The position numbers were made by a program, and so were the translations under genes. Of a stretch of 64,000 nt of DNA, positions 12,401-24,415 are shown piece after piece. Positions within the stretch are counted from its first letter, which is position 1, and each line of letters opens with the position of its first letter. Source of the DNA: Bugula neritina (lineage: Eukaryota > Animalia > Bryozoa); the NCBI GenBank assembly GCA_964035545.1, contig OZ037773.1, forward strand, positions 897,751 through 961,750. The letters run 5' to 3'. The notes under the pieces were generated by a model that saw only the letters and a list, made by a program, of their open reading frames with translations, did not search any database and was not told where the DNA came from.

Positions 12401-14034
12401 ACCCGAAAGGCAACACTTTCCACTTCCACAAACCGTCCCTTGTGATAAACGCCGCTTTCTCCTGGGCGTCGGGACTCAGAGGAACTTGCCAGTAGCCACT
12501 CAGCAAGTCTAACGTACTGAAGTACTTGCTGCCGGCTAGGGCATCCAATGACTCGTCAATACGAGGTAGAGGGTAAGCGTCCTGTATGGTTACGCTATTG
12601 AGTTTGCCGTAATCCACACAGAACCGCCAACTGCCGTCTTTCTTCCGTACCAGTACGACCGGCGAGCTCTACGCACTATGGGGGGGCTCTATGAGGCCGC
12701 GGACCAGAAGATCCCGTACTTGTCGGCTAACCTCCTTTTCTTTTTCTGGCCCCAGCCTGCGTGTGGGTTGCCGGACAGGGACTGTCCCTGCAGTCAGCGG
12801 TATTTCGTGTCTGACAACTCCAGTCAGCCCCACGTCATGATCTCCGCTGCTGAACACATCACCGTAGTCGCGTAGCAACTTCGCCATAGCTTGGTGTTCC
12901 TGGTTGCTCGCGCAGCCACCACAGGCTGTCTCATATAACTTCCGGATGTGTGTGGGGACCACTCCTCTCTTTTGAGTAGGGTGTCTAGGAGGTGTCTCCG
13001 TCGCATCACCCAGCGACGGGCCCACGTCCTCTTCCTGGACGGAGTGAATTCGGCCCAGCATTGACCCAGCTGGAAGCTTGATGGGCTCGGTAAAGGGGTG
13101 TTGACACAATGCACTAAGATCTCCCCTCGCTCAGTTAGTCGGTTTAAACTACTGGCGAGTTGGATCCTATCGTGCGCGCCTTCAACAACCCCGAGTCTTG
13201 CTATCCGGTTGCTGTTCACTCGGCAGTGGATAGTGGCTCTGGAGCGTCCGGGTACAGTACAGTTTCGAACTACCTGAACACCGCCCACCAAAGGACGCTC
13301 AAACTTATCCACACAGGCGAGTTCTCGCCCGCCCATCAGCACTGCCGACTTGCCAAAGTCTATGCGGCATTGGTGCTGCTTCAAGAAAGGCATTCCGAGG
13401 ATAGCATCTTCGTCCAGCTGGCTTATGACAAAGGTCTCTTGTACAGCCTGGTCTCGGACACGCCCAGAGAGCTCGATAATACCGTAGAAGGGAATACACG
13501 ACCCGTCTGCTAGGGTGCCATATTCTCCCGTATACGGTCGTACTCTATCCCTGTCTTGGCGGGGCAGTGCCTCAAAGACTCTACGACTGAGAAGGTTGGT
13601 AGTACAACCGGAGTCTAGCAGGAAGGTGACGGCGTTACCCGCCACCTTTACGGGTGGGAAGTAGCTCTCTCCGTGTGGTTGTACTTTCACCCCCCCGCAT
13701 GTGTTGTCCTAAGTGGGTAGGACGGCGGGGGTTTTACCCGTGGTTTACGGGGTTTCCGGCAGCGTGGTCGGTGCCGGCGGGGTTCGGAGCTCTCCACTGG
13801 GCCTTCTGGCTCTAATTTAGTGGCGGGCTCCTCTTCCCGAGGTAACCGGTGGAACCGGTTGGTGAGTGGCAGGGAGAAGGTACTCGGCCGCTGTGCGGGC
13901 CTGCTAGTCCTGCGTGGTACCTGCCACTCGAGGGGAGTGTACCGTCGTGTCCGTACGAACAGGCGGCAGCGTGTTCCACCCTGTTCCTTCAGTTTCGGCC
14001 CGCGGGGAGGAAGGGCGTCCGCGGGCCGTGACAG
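9431..14034 (-). pseudogene. pol: pol of B (PR-RT-RNaseH-IN), several stops and frameshifts
   Basis: [18 protein letters not shown] (12311-12322), LDTDAS, integrase core DHF..HSDQG..VERNN. Confidence 0.93.
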
Positions 14035-14855
14035 TTTAACGCCCCCTGGTGTTGGGGTCGTCCTGGCTGTCTATGGTCTTGACCAGCACTAGTCCAGCCC
14101 GGCCCCGCAGGTGCTGGGGGCAACCGCGGTTCCTGACCGGGGCCAGCGCTGGCAAGAATCGTTACCAGCTGTCCCAACATCTCTACCATACGGTCTACTT
14201 CGGCTTCCACAGGGGGAGCTTCGGGGCCCGCCGTAGCTCTGGCAGCACTGACTCCAACTGCTGGTGGGTTCCCTTGCGCTCGGTGCATTTGGGTAGCCAA
14301 CAGATAAGCTTCTCCAGCCTTTAAGGCATCCTCTATCGTGGTGATTCCTTTAGCTCGTAGTTGGTGGTGTAGGCCCAGGTCGTTCAGTGACTGGACGAAA
14401 GCGTCGTAGGTGTAACGCTCTTGGTGTTGTGCTGGTAGGTCACCATATGCAATTTGTGCCAGCTTCTTCACCATCGCGGCATGCTCTTGCAGCGAGGTCA
14501 GCGGGGTGCGGCACAATCTCTGTAACCGGGTCCTGGCGTCTATTGCGGAGATGCCAAAGCGGCCCCGCAACGCAGCCAATATCCCGTCTACGTCCGTTCC
14601 CATTCCGTACGGCTTGGCTTGCTCCGCCAACGCTCTCCACAACTGGATAAGGGCCACTCTATGCGGCCATTGTGCAATATCCATGACTTCTCTAGACTCC
14701 TGTATAAACTGTTCGACATCTTCTGACCCAGTAAAGGTGGGGGCTTTCAAGCGATATCGATAAGCTTCTTCTCCCACATGATTCACAGGAATAACATCAT
14801 TTCTTCGCTCACCTTCTACTGGGGGTGGTTGCATTCTAGCATTTTCAGTCTCCAT
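13989..14855 (-). CDS. gag: gag of B
   Basis: Open 288-aa ORF just after the PBS (LKAPTFTGSEDVEQF); closely matches gag of D. Confidence 0.9.
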   Translation of the reverse strand: METENARMQPPPVEGERRNDVIPVNHVGEEAYRYRLKAPTFTGSEDVEQFIQESREVMDIAQWPHRVALIQLWRALAEQAKPYGMGTDVDGILAALRGRFGISAIDARTRLQRLCRTPLTSLQEHAAMVKKLAQIAYGDLPAQHQERYTYDAFVQSLNDLGLHHQLRAKGITTIEDALKAGEAYLLATQMHRAQGNPPAVGVSAARATAGPEAPPVEAEVDRMVEMLGQLVTILASAGPGQEPRLPPAPAGPGWTSAGQDHRQPGRPQHQGALNCHGPRTPFLPAGRN

Positions 14856-14869
14856 CTTTGATGTACACT

Positions 14870-14887
14870 ATCCCACCGCTGCCACCA
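14870..14887 (-). promoter_or_regulatory. Primer-binding site complementary to the tRNA-Leu 3' end (TGGTGGCAGCGGTGGGAT)
   Basis: Lies 1 nt inside the 5' LTR; complement of the eukaryotic tRNA-Leu end ...AUCCCACCGCUGCCACCA. The same PBS occurs in D, E, F and the 27.6-kb fragment. Confidence 0.9.
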
Positions 14888-14888
14888 C

Positions 14889-15194
14889 TGTTGTATTTTT
14901 CAGAATTAGGGTTGATGTGTAAACAAGAGAGTCTATTTATTGCTAGAGACTTCACCAGGATTAGTCGGGTTGATATCGTTGTATTTTAAGCACAAGAATA
15001 CATAATAAAAAGGATATGCAAACTGATAACAAATCACACGTCTATTTAATTTACTGCACTATCCTCAACTGACTAGTAGCGCGAAGCTAACTACTGCTAC
15101 TCACTAGCAGCTTCGCTAATTGGCTGAGTACATTGTTCCGGGTCAATACGCGACCCTGCGTATTGTGCTGTTGGTAGCCCCACGAGCCACCACA
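14889..15194 (-). repeat. 5' LTR of B
   Basis: Direct repeat of 7762-8066. Confidence 0.95.
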
Positions 15195-16317
15195 GTGGCC
15201 TCCAGCCTACATTTATGCAGCTCTCAAAGGCATAACAAATAAAATTATTTTTTACACATATATGAATTTGAGAGAAAAACCAAATTTTGAATGTATTATT
15301 TATATAAATGCTAAAAAATGTAGTATGCAGTAACTATTGGGACTTTATTTTGTATTGATAAATAAGACTTTAGAATGAAATATCTAAAAATAACTGACGC
15401 TGCGGTACCCAGTTTAAACTAAAGTTTAAAATATGGCTCGTGCCACAGGAATATTCCCCTTCAGAGGCACTCCCTTTGAAAGGTTGGACACCCCTGGTCT
15501 AGCACCTTACATGTCAACTAGAAATTTCTCATTCAAAGAGTAGGTATAACTAGAAAAATATTGATGGTGCTTACTTACACTGTGGTGTGATGGCAACAGT
15601 TTGTTCAGTATTCCCTCTCTTCCAGTTAGAATGTTTTGTATCTGCACAGGATAAAGTTATCCCAGCTCTGTCTGTCTCTGTGGGAGTATATTTTCCAGCC
15701 ACTGTGTTACCATTTACCTCTAATAAATAAAACATGTATATGTATACTAATTCTTCAAAGACTCCCTGCACACTTCACTCATGCAGTACTGAAAGATTCT
15801 TATAATAATATGTTAGTTTTCATTTACATACTATTTTAAGGTTGGATGGTAAAGGTAAAGGCGACTGGAAATTTGATTTCCATGCAATCAGAAATCCTAA
15901 AACATTTTAGCATATACTTGAATAACATTCATTTTAAAACAGAATGCAAATGAAAAGTAACATATATAAGAATATTTTAATACTGCGTAAGTGAAGTGTG
16001 TCAGGGCAAGAAAACTACCAGAGAAGAAGCAAAACGTATAAATACAGTCTACAAGATTTAGTCTATAAGATTTAGTCTACAAGATACAGTCTATAAAATT
16101 TCACGATATAACAGGCGAGTTAGTTTGTGGTTGACGAATATTATTGGTTATTTAATTGAGACTGAAAAAAAAGACTGTAGACACTTTTTTTCGAATCATC
16201 TAACTTTTTACATTTCAATCTATTATAGCAAACTGATTTATAAACTATTGTAAACTCATTAGATAATATTCTTAGAGTTTTACAACATTCAAATATTTAT
16301 ATAATTAAATAGGAATA

Positions 16318-16523
16318 CAGTGCTCCCTCGAAACCTACTGGTTCGATACCCTTATCTGTGACATAGCAGAATACCAGATTTAACTCACAGAACAGTTAAA
16401 TACGGACATTTTGTCTCTATATACACGCATATACATAAGTTACAAAAAGAAAATTCAAGTTCATCTCATGTCCTATGTTACTTTGTCAGGAATGGACAGC
16501 TCTGAGATATGAAGGGAGCACTG
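16318..16523. mobile_element. Tc1/mariner (Tigger-like) MITE, about 206 bp, in a host intron
   Basis: TIR CAGTGCTCCCT / AGGGAGCACTG; TA on the left, CA (a mutated TA?) on the right. Confidence 0.6.
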
Positions 16524-18977
16524 CATATTACATCACTTGTATAACAATAATTAGCTAAACTAAAACCTGGTTTGTTGTTCACTAAATTTAAAATTTAATT
16601 TGCTTCTAGTTTTCTAGATAGAAATTTGGGGAAGCTTGTTGCACAACATTTAGACAGGTATATACTTACCGTATTCATAGACTGACACAGGATCTGCTCC
16701 TGTAGAGTTACAATCAAAGGTAAATTCTTCCCCTTCTATAATAGTTGCTGGTTTATTAAGTGTTATGCCAGTTGGAGCAACTGTAGAATAAAGAAATGCA
16801 CAATATATGTTTTCAAATACAGGTGCATTGATGTATTGTAAATTAGGTTAGGACTGCAGTAAGGGCCTATGCTATATCCTGGGTAAATTGTGTCAATAAA
16901 AAGTGTAAATTTAAATAGCAAAACTGCAACATTCCAAGTCTGCCTATGATAACAGTTATCTGAAACTACATGCCAACCAGATATCCTTATGTGATCCTGA
17001 ACAGAAAATTTCCAACAAAGGTATAATAAACTAAAATTTGTCCTCTACCAAACAAGGATAGGAAATATACTATTTTGATTTAACTAACCACCACCATCAT
17101 GGGAAAAGTTAAAGTTTATCACGTGATCTTTCCATGAGATACTGAACAGAATTTTTCAACAAAGGCCTAATATAACAAATATTATCCACTATCCATAAAA
17201 TGCATATCAATCACATTATTTCAATACCAATAATACCAATCTTGGGAACAGTTAAATTTGTCTATGAGGAAGAAGGAGGAAATAACTTAGAAATTATGAG
17301 AAGTTGTACTAGAAATGGCTAAAGTGGTATATAAAGGCTATCAGTGACCAAAGAAATTAGTTTGAACTTTGAAGTGTTCACCTTTGACTTCCATTGAAAT
17401 TTTTAAGGAGAGAACTTCTCCCACACCACCTCCTTCAAACCCTCTACAGTAGAACTTCCCTTTGCGTGATGAATCAGTTGCAGTGAGTTGTACAGAAAGA
17501 GTGAACCCTTCAGGTTTACCAACTGAGTTACAGTCTGCATGGCTGACTCCAGAACCTTCTATTCCAGAGACAGTAATAATTTCTGGAGTTGATGAACTCC
17601 GCCATACTGTCTCATCCTCAGAACTTGGAATACATCCACTTTGATAGATTGTACTGTCTCCATCAGCTTCATATCGTAACTGTAAAGTTCTCAGATCAGT
17701 ATAACCAGATGCTTCACATGTGAAGGTTATATTCTCATCTTTATAGAAGTCAGGTGAGCTTGTAGTAGTGTAGTTCATCTCTGTAGATGGTTGACCTAAA
17801 CATATGTCATTTTAATAGTTTAGCTCAATACTAATCCAATTGTGGAAATGAAAAGAAGAATTTTGGCCAACTCATTCAGACTTTTATGTGACACTGCCAT
17901 CACAAGAAAGGAACATCTACAAGTTGTGTGAGCATAAAAATCATATCTAAAAGGAATAGAAATGTGGTTACCAACATTCATTTAAAAGTAAGAACCAGAC
18001 TTATCAATCACTGAAAATTTATTCAGAAATATTCACTTACCAATTGTGTAGCTAAATAGTAATAATACTTTAAAAATGGTTATCCAGGGAAGTTTCATAT
18101 TCCTGAAAATAACAAATAACACTAAATAGTATAAATACTGGCCTGCATACTTAAATATATATTAGCTATAAAAACCAGCTAGGAAAAAATACTGGATAAA
18201 GAAATGTTATAAAATTAAAGAAATTCATAAAAGCAAACGCCATCATTATGATGAATGAAGTTAACAGCTGGAAATGTAGAAACTGCCTACAAATGAGAAC
18301 CAGTGAATTAGTGTGTGCAACAGACAGCAGGGTGGCCAGAATCATCTTGAGGTCACAGCAAATCAAAGCAAGCCAAGTCACTGGCTAACTAAGTTAAGTT
18401 TAGAGAATTGAAAACAATGACTGGAAAGAAAATAAATTGAATAGATTTCAAAGTTGGATAAGTTAGTTTTAATTTAAACTATTTTGAAATTTATGTCTAT
18501 CTACATAAATAGATTTACTGAAAACAATGATGAAGTTAAATTTAATATGTCATGCAATGCATTTCTCTACATGAATATTCTAAAGAGGAAAAGTTTTATT
18601 ACAAGTAATTCAGACCTGCAAGCCTAATAAAGTGATATTGTGGTGGCTCGTAGAGCTACCAGCAACACAATACGCAAGGTTGCGTATTGACCCGGAACGA
18701 TGTATTAGCCAATTAGCTAAGCTGCTTATGAATAATAGTAGCAGCTTCGCGCTACTAGCCCAGTTGAGGATAGTGCTGTAAATTAAATAGACGTGTGTAT
18801 TATTAACTGTTGTATATTAGATTTTATTATGTATTCTTGTATTCAAATATAACGATATCTACTCGACTTATCACGGTGAAGTTTCTCTAGTAACAAATAG
18901 ACTCTCTTGGTTGCACATCGACCCTAATTCTGAAAATCATAACAGTGGTGGCAGCAGTGGGATAGTGTACATCAAAG

Positions 18978-19844
18978 ATGGAGACTGAAAATGCTAGAAT
19001 GCAACCACCCCCAGTAGAAGGTGAGCGTAGAAATGATGTTAATCCTGTGAATTGTGAGGGAGAAGAAGCTTATAGATATTGCTTGAAAGCTCCCACCTTT
19101 ACTGGGTCAGAAGATGTCGAACAGTTTATACAAGAATTCAGAGAGGTAATGGAGATTGCTCAATGGCCGCATAGAGTGGCCCCTATCCAATTGCGGAGAG
19201 CGTTGACGGAGCAAGCCAAGCCGTACGGAGTGGGAACGGACGTAAACGGAATACTGACTGCGCTGCGGGCCCGTTTTGGCATCTCCGCAATAGACGCTAG
19301 AACCAAGCTACAGAGATTGTGCCGCACCCCGCGGACCTCGCTGCAAGAACATGCCGCGACGGTGAAGAAGCTGGCACAGATTGCGTATGGTGACCTACCA
19401 GCGCAACACCAAAAGCGTTACACATACAACGCCTTTGTCCAGTCACTAAACGACCTGGGCCTACACCATCAACTTCGAGCTAAAGGGATAACCAGAATAG
19501 AGGATGCCCTGAAGGCTGGAGAAGCTTACCTGTTGGCTACCCAAATGCATCGAGCACAACGGAACCCACCAGTAGTTGGAGTCAGTGCTGCCAGGGCCAC
19601 GACAGGCCCCGAAGCCCCCCCGCTGGAAGCCGAAGTGGACCGTATGGTAGAGATGCTGGGACAGCTGGTAACAATTCTGGCCGGCGCTGGCCCCGGTCAG
19701 GCCCTGCGGTTGCCCCCAACACCTGTGGGGCAGGGCTGGAGTAGTGCTGGTCAGGACCATGGACAGAAAGGACGACCCAAATACCAGGGGGCGTTAAACT
19801 GTCACGGCCCGCGGAGGCTCTCCCTCCCCGCGGGCCACAACTGA
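18978..19844 (+). CDS. gag: gag of D
   Basis: 288-aa ORF after the PBS; no CCHC knuckle. Confidence 0.9.
   Translation: METENARMQPPPVEGERRNDVNPVNCEGEEAYRYCLKAPTFTGSEDVEQFIQEFREVMEIAQWPHRVAPIQLRRALTEQAKPYGVGTDVNGILTALRARFGISAIDARTKLQRLCRTPRTSLQEHAATVKKLAQIAYGDLPAQHQKRYTYNAFVQSLNDLGLHHQLRAKGITRIEDALKAGEAYLLATQMHRAQRNPPVVGVSAARATTGPEAPPLEAEVDRMVEMLGQLVTILAGAGPGQALRLPPTPVGQGWSSAGQDHGQKGRPKYQGALNCHGPRRLSLPAGHN
19793..19836 (+). promoter_or_regulatory. Putative -1 ribosomal frameshift signal (G_TTA_AAC + 6-nt spacer + GC stem-loop)
   Basis: Stem GGCCCGCGG/CCGCGGGCC; the -1 frame is open from 19799 into the pol leader. The same arrangement is in B (~13996-14040, minus). Confidence 0.7.
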
Positions 19845-22800
19845 AGGAGTCTGGTGGGACACGCCGTCGTCTGTCCATACGGACACGACGGAACACTCCC
19901 CCCGAGTGGCAGGTACCACGCAGGACTAGCAGGCCCGCACAACGGCCAAGTACCTTCTCCCTGCCACTCGCCAACCAATTCCACCGGTTACCTCGGGAGG
20001 AGGAGCCCGCCACTGAAATGGAGCCGGAAGGCCCAGTGGAGAGCCCCGAACCCTGCCGGCACCGACCTCGCCGCCGGAAACCCCGTAAACCACGGGTGAA
20101 ACCCTCGCCGTCCTACCAATCTAGGACAGCACATGCGGGGGGGGGTGAAAGTACAACCACATGGAGAGCTATTTCCTACCCGGAAAGGTGGCCGGCAACG
20201 CCGTCACTTTCCTGCTCGACTCCGGTTGTACTACCAACCTTCTCAGTCGTAGAGTCTTTGAGGCACTGCCCCGCCCGGACAGGGATAGAGTACGACCGTA
20301 TACGGGGGAACATGGCACCCTGGCAGACGGGTCGTGTATTCCCTTCTACGGTATTATCAAGCTTCCTGGGCGTGTCCAAGACCAGGCTGTACAGGAGACT
20401 TTTATCATAAGCCAACTGGAGGAAGATGCTATCCTCGGAATGTCCTTCTTGAAGCAATACCAGTGCCGAATAGACTTCAGCAAGTCGGTGGTGCTGATGG
20501 GCGGGCGAGAACTCGCCTGTGTGGATAAGTTAGGGCGTCCTCTGGTGGGCGGTGTTCAGGTAGTTCGAAACTGCACCGTGCCCGGATGCTCCAGAGCTAC
20601 TATCCACTGCCGAGTGAACAGCAACCGGATAGCCAGGCTCGGTGTCGTTGAGGGCGCGCACGAAAGGATCCAACTCGCTAGTAGTTTAAACCGACTAACT
20701 GAGCGAGGGGAGGTCTTAGTGCAGTGTGTCAACCCCTTTACCGAGCCCATTGAGCTCCCAGCTGGGTCAATGCTGGGCCGGTTCCACTCCGTCCAGGAAG
20801 AGGACGTGGGCCCGTCGCTGGGTGACGCGACGGAGACACCCCCTCGACACCCTACTCAGGGACGAGGGGCAGTCCCAACACATCTCCGGGAGTTATATGA
20901 AACAGCCTGTGGCGGCTGCGCGAGCAACAAGGAACGCCAAGCGATGGCGAAGTTGCTAAGCGACTACGGTGATGTGTTCAGCAGCGGAGATCATGACGTG
21001 GGGCTGACTGGAGTTGTCAGACACGAAATACCGCTGACTGCAGGGACAGTCCCTGTCCGGCAACCCACACGCAGGCTGGGGCCAGAAAAAGAGAAGGAGG
21101 TTAGCCGACAAGTACGGGATCTTCTGGACCGCGGCCTCATAGAGCCCGCCCATAGTGCGTGGAGCTCGCCGGTCGTACTGGTCCGGAAGAAAGACGGCAG
21201 TTGGCGGTTCTGTGTGGATTACCGCAAACTCAATAACGTAACCATACAGGACGCCTACCCTCTACCTCGTATTGACGAGTCATTGGACGCCCTAGCCGGC
21301 AGCAAGTACTTCAGTACGTTAGACTTGCGGAGTGGCTATTGGCAAGTCCCTCTGAGCCCCGACGCCCAAGAGAAAGCGGCGTTTATCACACGGGACGGGT
21401 TGTGGAAGCAGAAGGTGCTGCCCTTCGAGTTAACCTCCGCCCCAGCCACCTTCCAGAGGCTGATGGAGCAAGTCCTTAGCGGGCACCATTGGAAGACACT
21501 GCTGGTCTACCTCGATGATGTCATCGTGATCTCCCCAGACTTCGAGACGCATGTCAGTCGTCTGCAGGAAGTTTTCGAGAGACTCCGAGGTGCCGGTCTT
21601 AAGCTCAAACTTTCCAAGTGCGCTCTATTGCAGCCGGAGGTCAAGTACCTGGGGCACGTTGTCGGTCGAAACGGCGTGGCAACGGATCCCGAAAAGGTAC
21701 GGGCGATAGAAGACTGGGTCACCCCCCAAGACTTGAGCGGACTCCGGGCTTTCTTGGGGCTGGTAGGGTATTACAGGCAATACATACCGGACTTTGCGGG
21801 CATAGCACAACCGTTAAACCGGCTCACCGCAAAGGGAGTGACGTGGCAGTGGACCCCAGTCGAACAAGGAGCATTCGACCGCCTCAAGGGCTGCCTGCTA
21901 ACGGCGCCCATCTTGGCCTACCCAGACCCCGCTCTGGAGTACATCCTCGACACGGACGCCAGTGACCAAAACGTTGGCGCTGTGCTGTCTCAAGTGCAGA
22001 AAGGCCGAGAGGTAATAGTAGCCTACTACAGCAAGTCTCTCTCACCCGCTGAACGAAATTACTGCACTACCCACAAGGAGCTGCTGGCAGTAATCAAGTC
22101 AGTGAAGCACTTCAGACCATACTTATACGGCAGGAAGTTCCGGCTGCGTACGGATCATGCCTCGCTGATCTGGTTGTGCAAGAGAGCAGAGCCCTCCAGT
22201 CAGGTCGCCCGGTGGCTCGAAATCCTAGCTGAATTTTCCTACCGGATCGAACATCGACCGGGCAGGAGACACAGCAATGCGGATGGTTTGAGCCGCCGAC
22301 CTGATGGAGGTTGCAAACAGTGTCTCAACATCGAGAGGAGGGACGGAGGTCCCCCGCGATGTGAGTTGGAGACGCTGGCTTGCCATGGAGCACCGTATGA
22401 CTGGGACCAGGGTCAACTCAGACAGGAGGTTGACTAGTCCCCGGAGGTTGTACAAAACCTCCGCGCCAACCCTGTACTGGCCGATAATGTCCGAGAGCTG
22501 AAGAAGCTCCAAGAAGAGCTGCCTGGAGTAGTGGCAGACATATATCGGGCCAAAAAGGAAGGGCGACGACCCAGCGAGGAACGCATAAGACAGGGATGCG
22601 CCGAGTTCCGGCTATACTGTCAGCGTTGGGACTCGCTGCGGATCGGGCAGGATGGTCTACTGACCATTTCTCTAGCTGCCAGCGGCAGACACCCGGAAAG
22701 GAAGAGGGTGGTCTGTCCCACTGCCATTCGCTGTGAGCTGATTTGGGACACTCACAAACAGGCCCACGCAGGGGTCAAGAGAGTGATCTCCAAATTACGG

Positions 22801-24415
22801 CTCCGGTGGTATTGGCCACAAATGGAGCGTGACGTCCGACTCAGAGTCAAACAGTGTGAGATCTGCCAGGCCAGTAAGCATAGCCGTCCCCCTGGTGAAG
22901 CGGGACGGCGGAGGCTATATGCTGGAAGGCCCTGGCAAGTAGTTGCTGTAGACCTGGTCGGACCCATGCCCCTGACCCCCAGAGGCAATAGTTGGATCTT
23001 AGTGCTGACCGACCACTTTACTAGGTGGGCGGATGCTCTGGCTATCCCAGATGCGTCAGCCCCAACAGTGGCCAGGGCATTAGACCAACATGTATTCTGT
23101 TATTTTGGTCTCCCCGAACAGATACACTCTGATCAAGGCGCTCAGTTCCAGTCTCAACTGATGAGCCACCTTTGCCACCTCTGGGGAGTAAATCAGAGCC
23201 GGACCACCCCCTACCACCCTCAAGGTAACGGGGTGGTGCAGCGCAACAACCGGATGCTAGGTGATGCGCTCCGGAGTCTCCTCCTTGGACGCGGCCAAGA
23301 GGAATGGGATACGGTGTTGCCGCAAGTCATGCGTCCATACCGTAGCACCCCACACACCAGTACTGGTGAAACCCCAAACCTCTTGATGCTCGGGAGAGAC
23401 TCGTGTCCCTGACCATCTTACCTACCACGTTCCAGAGCAAGACAACTCGGTTCACGAGTATGCCAGTGAACTAGTGGAACGGATGAAGGCCGCACACGAT
23501 ATACTGCGCGAACAGCAGTGGAAGGTGCGGCACGAAGATTCCGAGGAACCACCTCTCTACCAAACGGGAGATAAGGTGTGGATGGTCAATCACCGTAGGC
23601 GTCGCGGGCAGGCTGACAAATTAAAGCCTAAGTTTGTGGGACCCTACGTAATCGTCGAGGCTATGCCCAACCATACGTACAAGATTGAGCGCTCAGGACA
23701 GGTGTCTATCCAGAATGAGTCTCGCTTGAAGCCGTATTGGGCTAGCCCCGACGCAGTGGAAGAAGCCCCCCCGTTGTTGGAGCCCAGGAGGCAGACAACA
23801 ACACGCGGGCGACGGCGGCATGGACCTGAATACGAAGTGGTCATACCGCGGGAGGAAAACTTGGTGAGAGAGGAGCGACAGCTTCTGTCAACAGAAGCGT
23901 GTCCGCCACCGCCAAGTCTAATTCCATCACTTCCAGAAACCGAGCCGGTTCCGAAAGTGCAAACCCCCACGGAGGGAGGGGCTCCATCCGGAGAACATGA
24001 AGAGGTGACCACTAACGGTGAAGTAGAGAGGCCATTAGAGGCCCCTACTAATAAACCGGAGAGCGTGTCACCCCCCCTAGAACGGAGACAGCGTACGAGG
24101 AAACCCCCACCATATTTAAAAGACTTCGTATGTGACTGCATTAAAAGCGGCACGCATGAAAGTCTAGGGGAAAACCGTACGATAAAATGTTGGAGTTGTG
24201 AAACCCACGCAAATATCAACTTTTGCGAGGGCGGAATAGTGGGAGGAATTAATGCGCGTAAAGCAAATAGTTCCGACCTCGTGCCTCAGAAACGATGCTC
24301 AGCCCTTTCTTACGCTGACATCGCCAAAGGCAGACATATCTCACAACCAGCTCCAATCTTACCAAGAACGTTGAGTATGGACATTAATACCGAGTTCACA
24401 GGTAAGCCAGTATGA
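19799..24415 (+). pseudogene. pol: pol of D (PR-RT-RH-IN) with about 3 lesions: G-run indel ~20140, TAG at 22435, frameshift ~23395
   Basis: LLDSG, VYLDD, LDTDAS, H-x3-H..C-x2-C, DDE integrase core, GPY motif. Confidence 0.95.

Larger units (their letters stand above)
7762..15194 (-). mobile_element. Full-length Gypsy element B (inactivated), 4-bp TSD GTGG
   Basis: LTRs 7762-8066 and 14889-15194 (about 7 differences), TSD gtgg at 7758-7761 and 15195-15198, PBS at 14870-14887, order gag-PR-RT-RH-IN-ORF3. Confidence 0.97.
7175..18098 (-). pseudogene. Host type-I membrane Ig-superfamily gene disrupted by Gypsy B. Coding exons 18098-18041, 17795-17382, 16780-16670, 15719-15579, (15206-15199 + 7761-7470), 7341-7175; 396 aa when B is removed
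   Basis: All introns are GT-AG and phase 1, and internal exons are multiples of 3 (414, 111, 141, 300). Signal peptide MKLPWITIFKVLLLFSYTIG; three Cys-pair Ig-like domains (FTCEASG..FYCRG; FDCNSTG..LSCAD; LDCSQHVDANPPPSTFTW..AECTAENG); Thr/Pro stalk; TM GGLIGGILSTFIAVIVAVVVSGVIG. Confidence 0.85.

Noticed and set aside
14870-14887. tRNA-Leu gene
   Set aside because: Only the 18-nt 3' complement (PBS); no cloverleaf.
15481-15496. hAT-like terminus (GGTTGGACACCCCTG)
   Set aside because: Only one end found; no partner TIR or 8-bp TSD.
19461-23000. Numerous overlapping and antisense ORFs within gag/pol of all Gypsy copies
   Set aside because: Expected by-products of GC-rich coding sequence; no motifs, and starts and stops are inconsistent across lineages.
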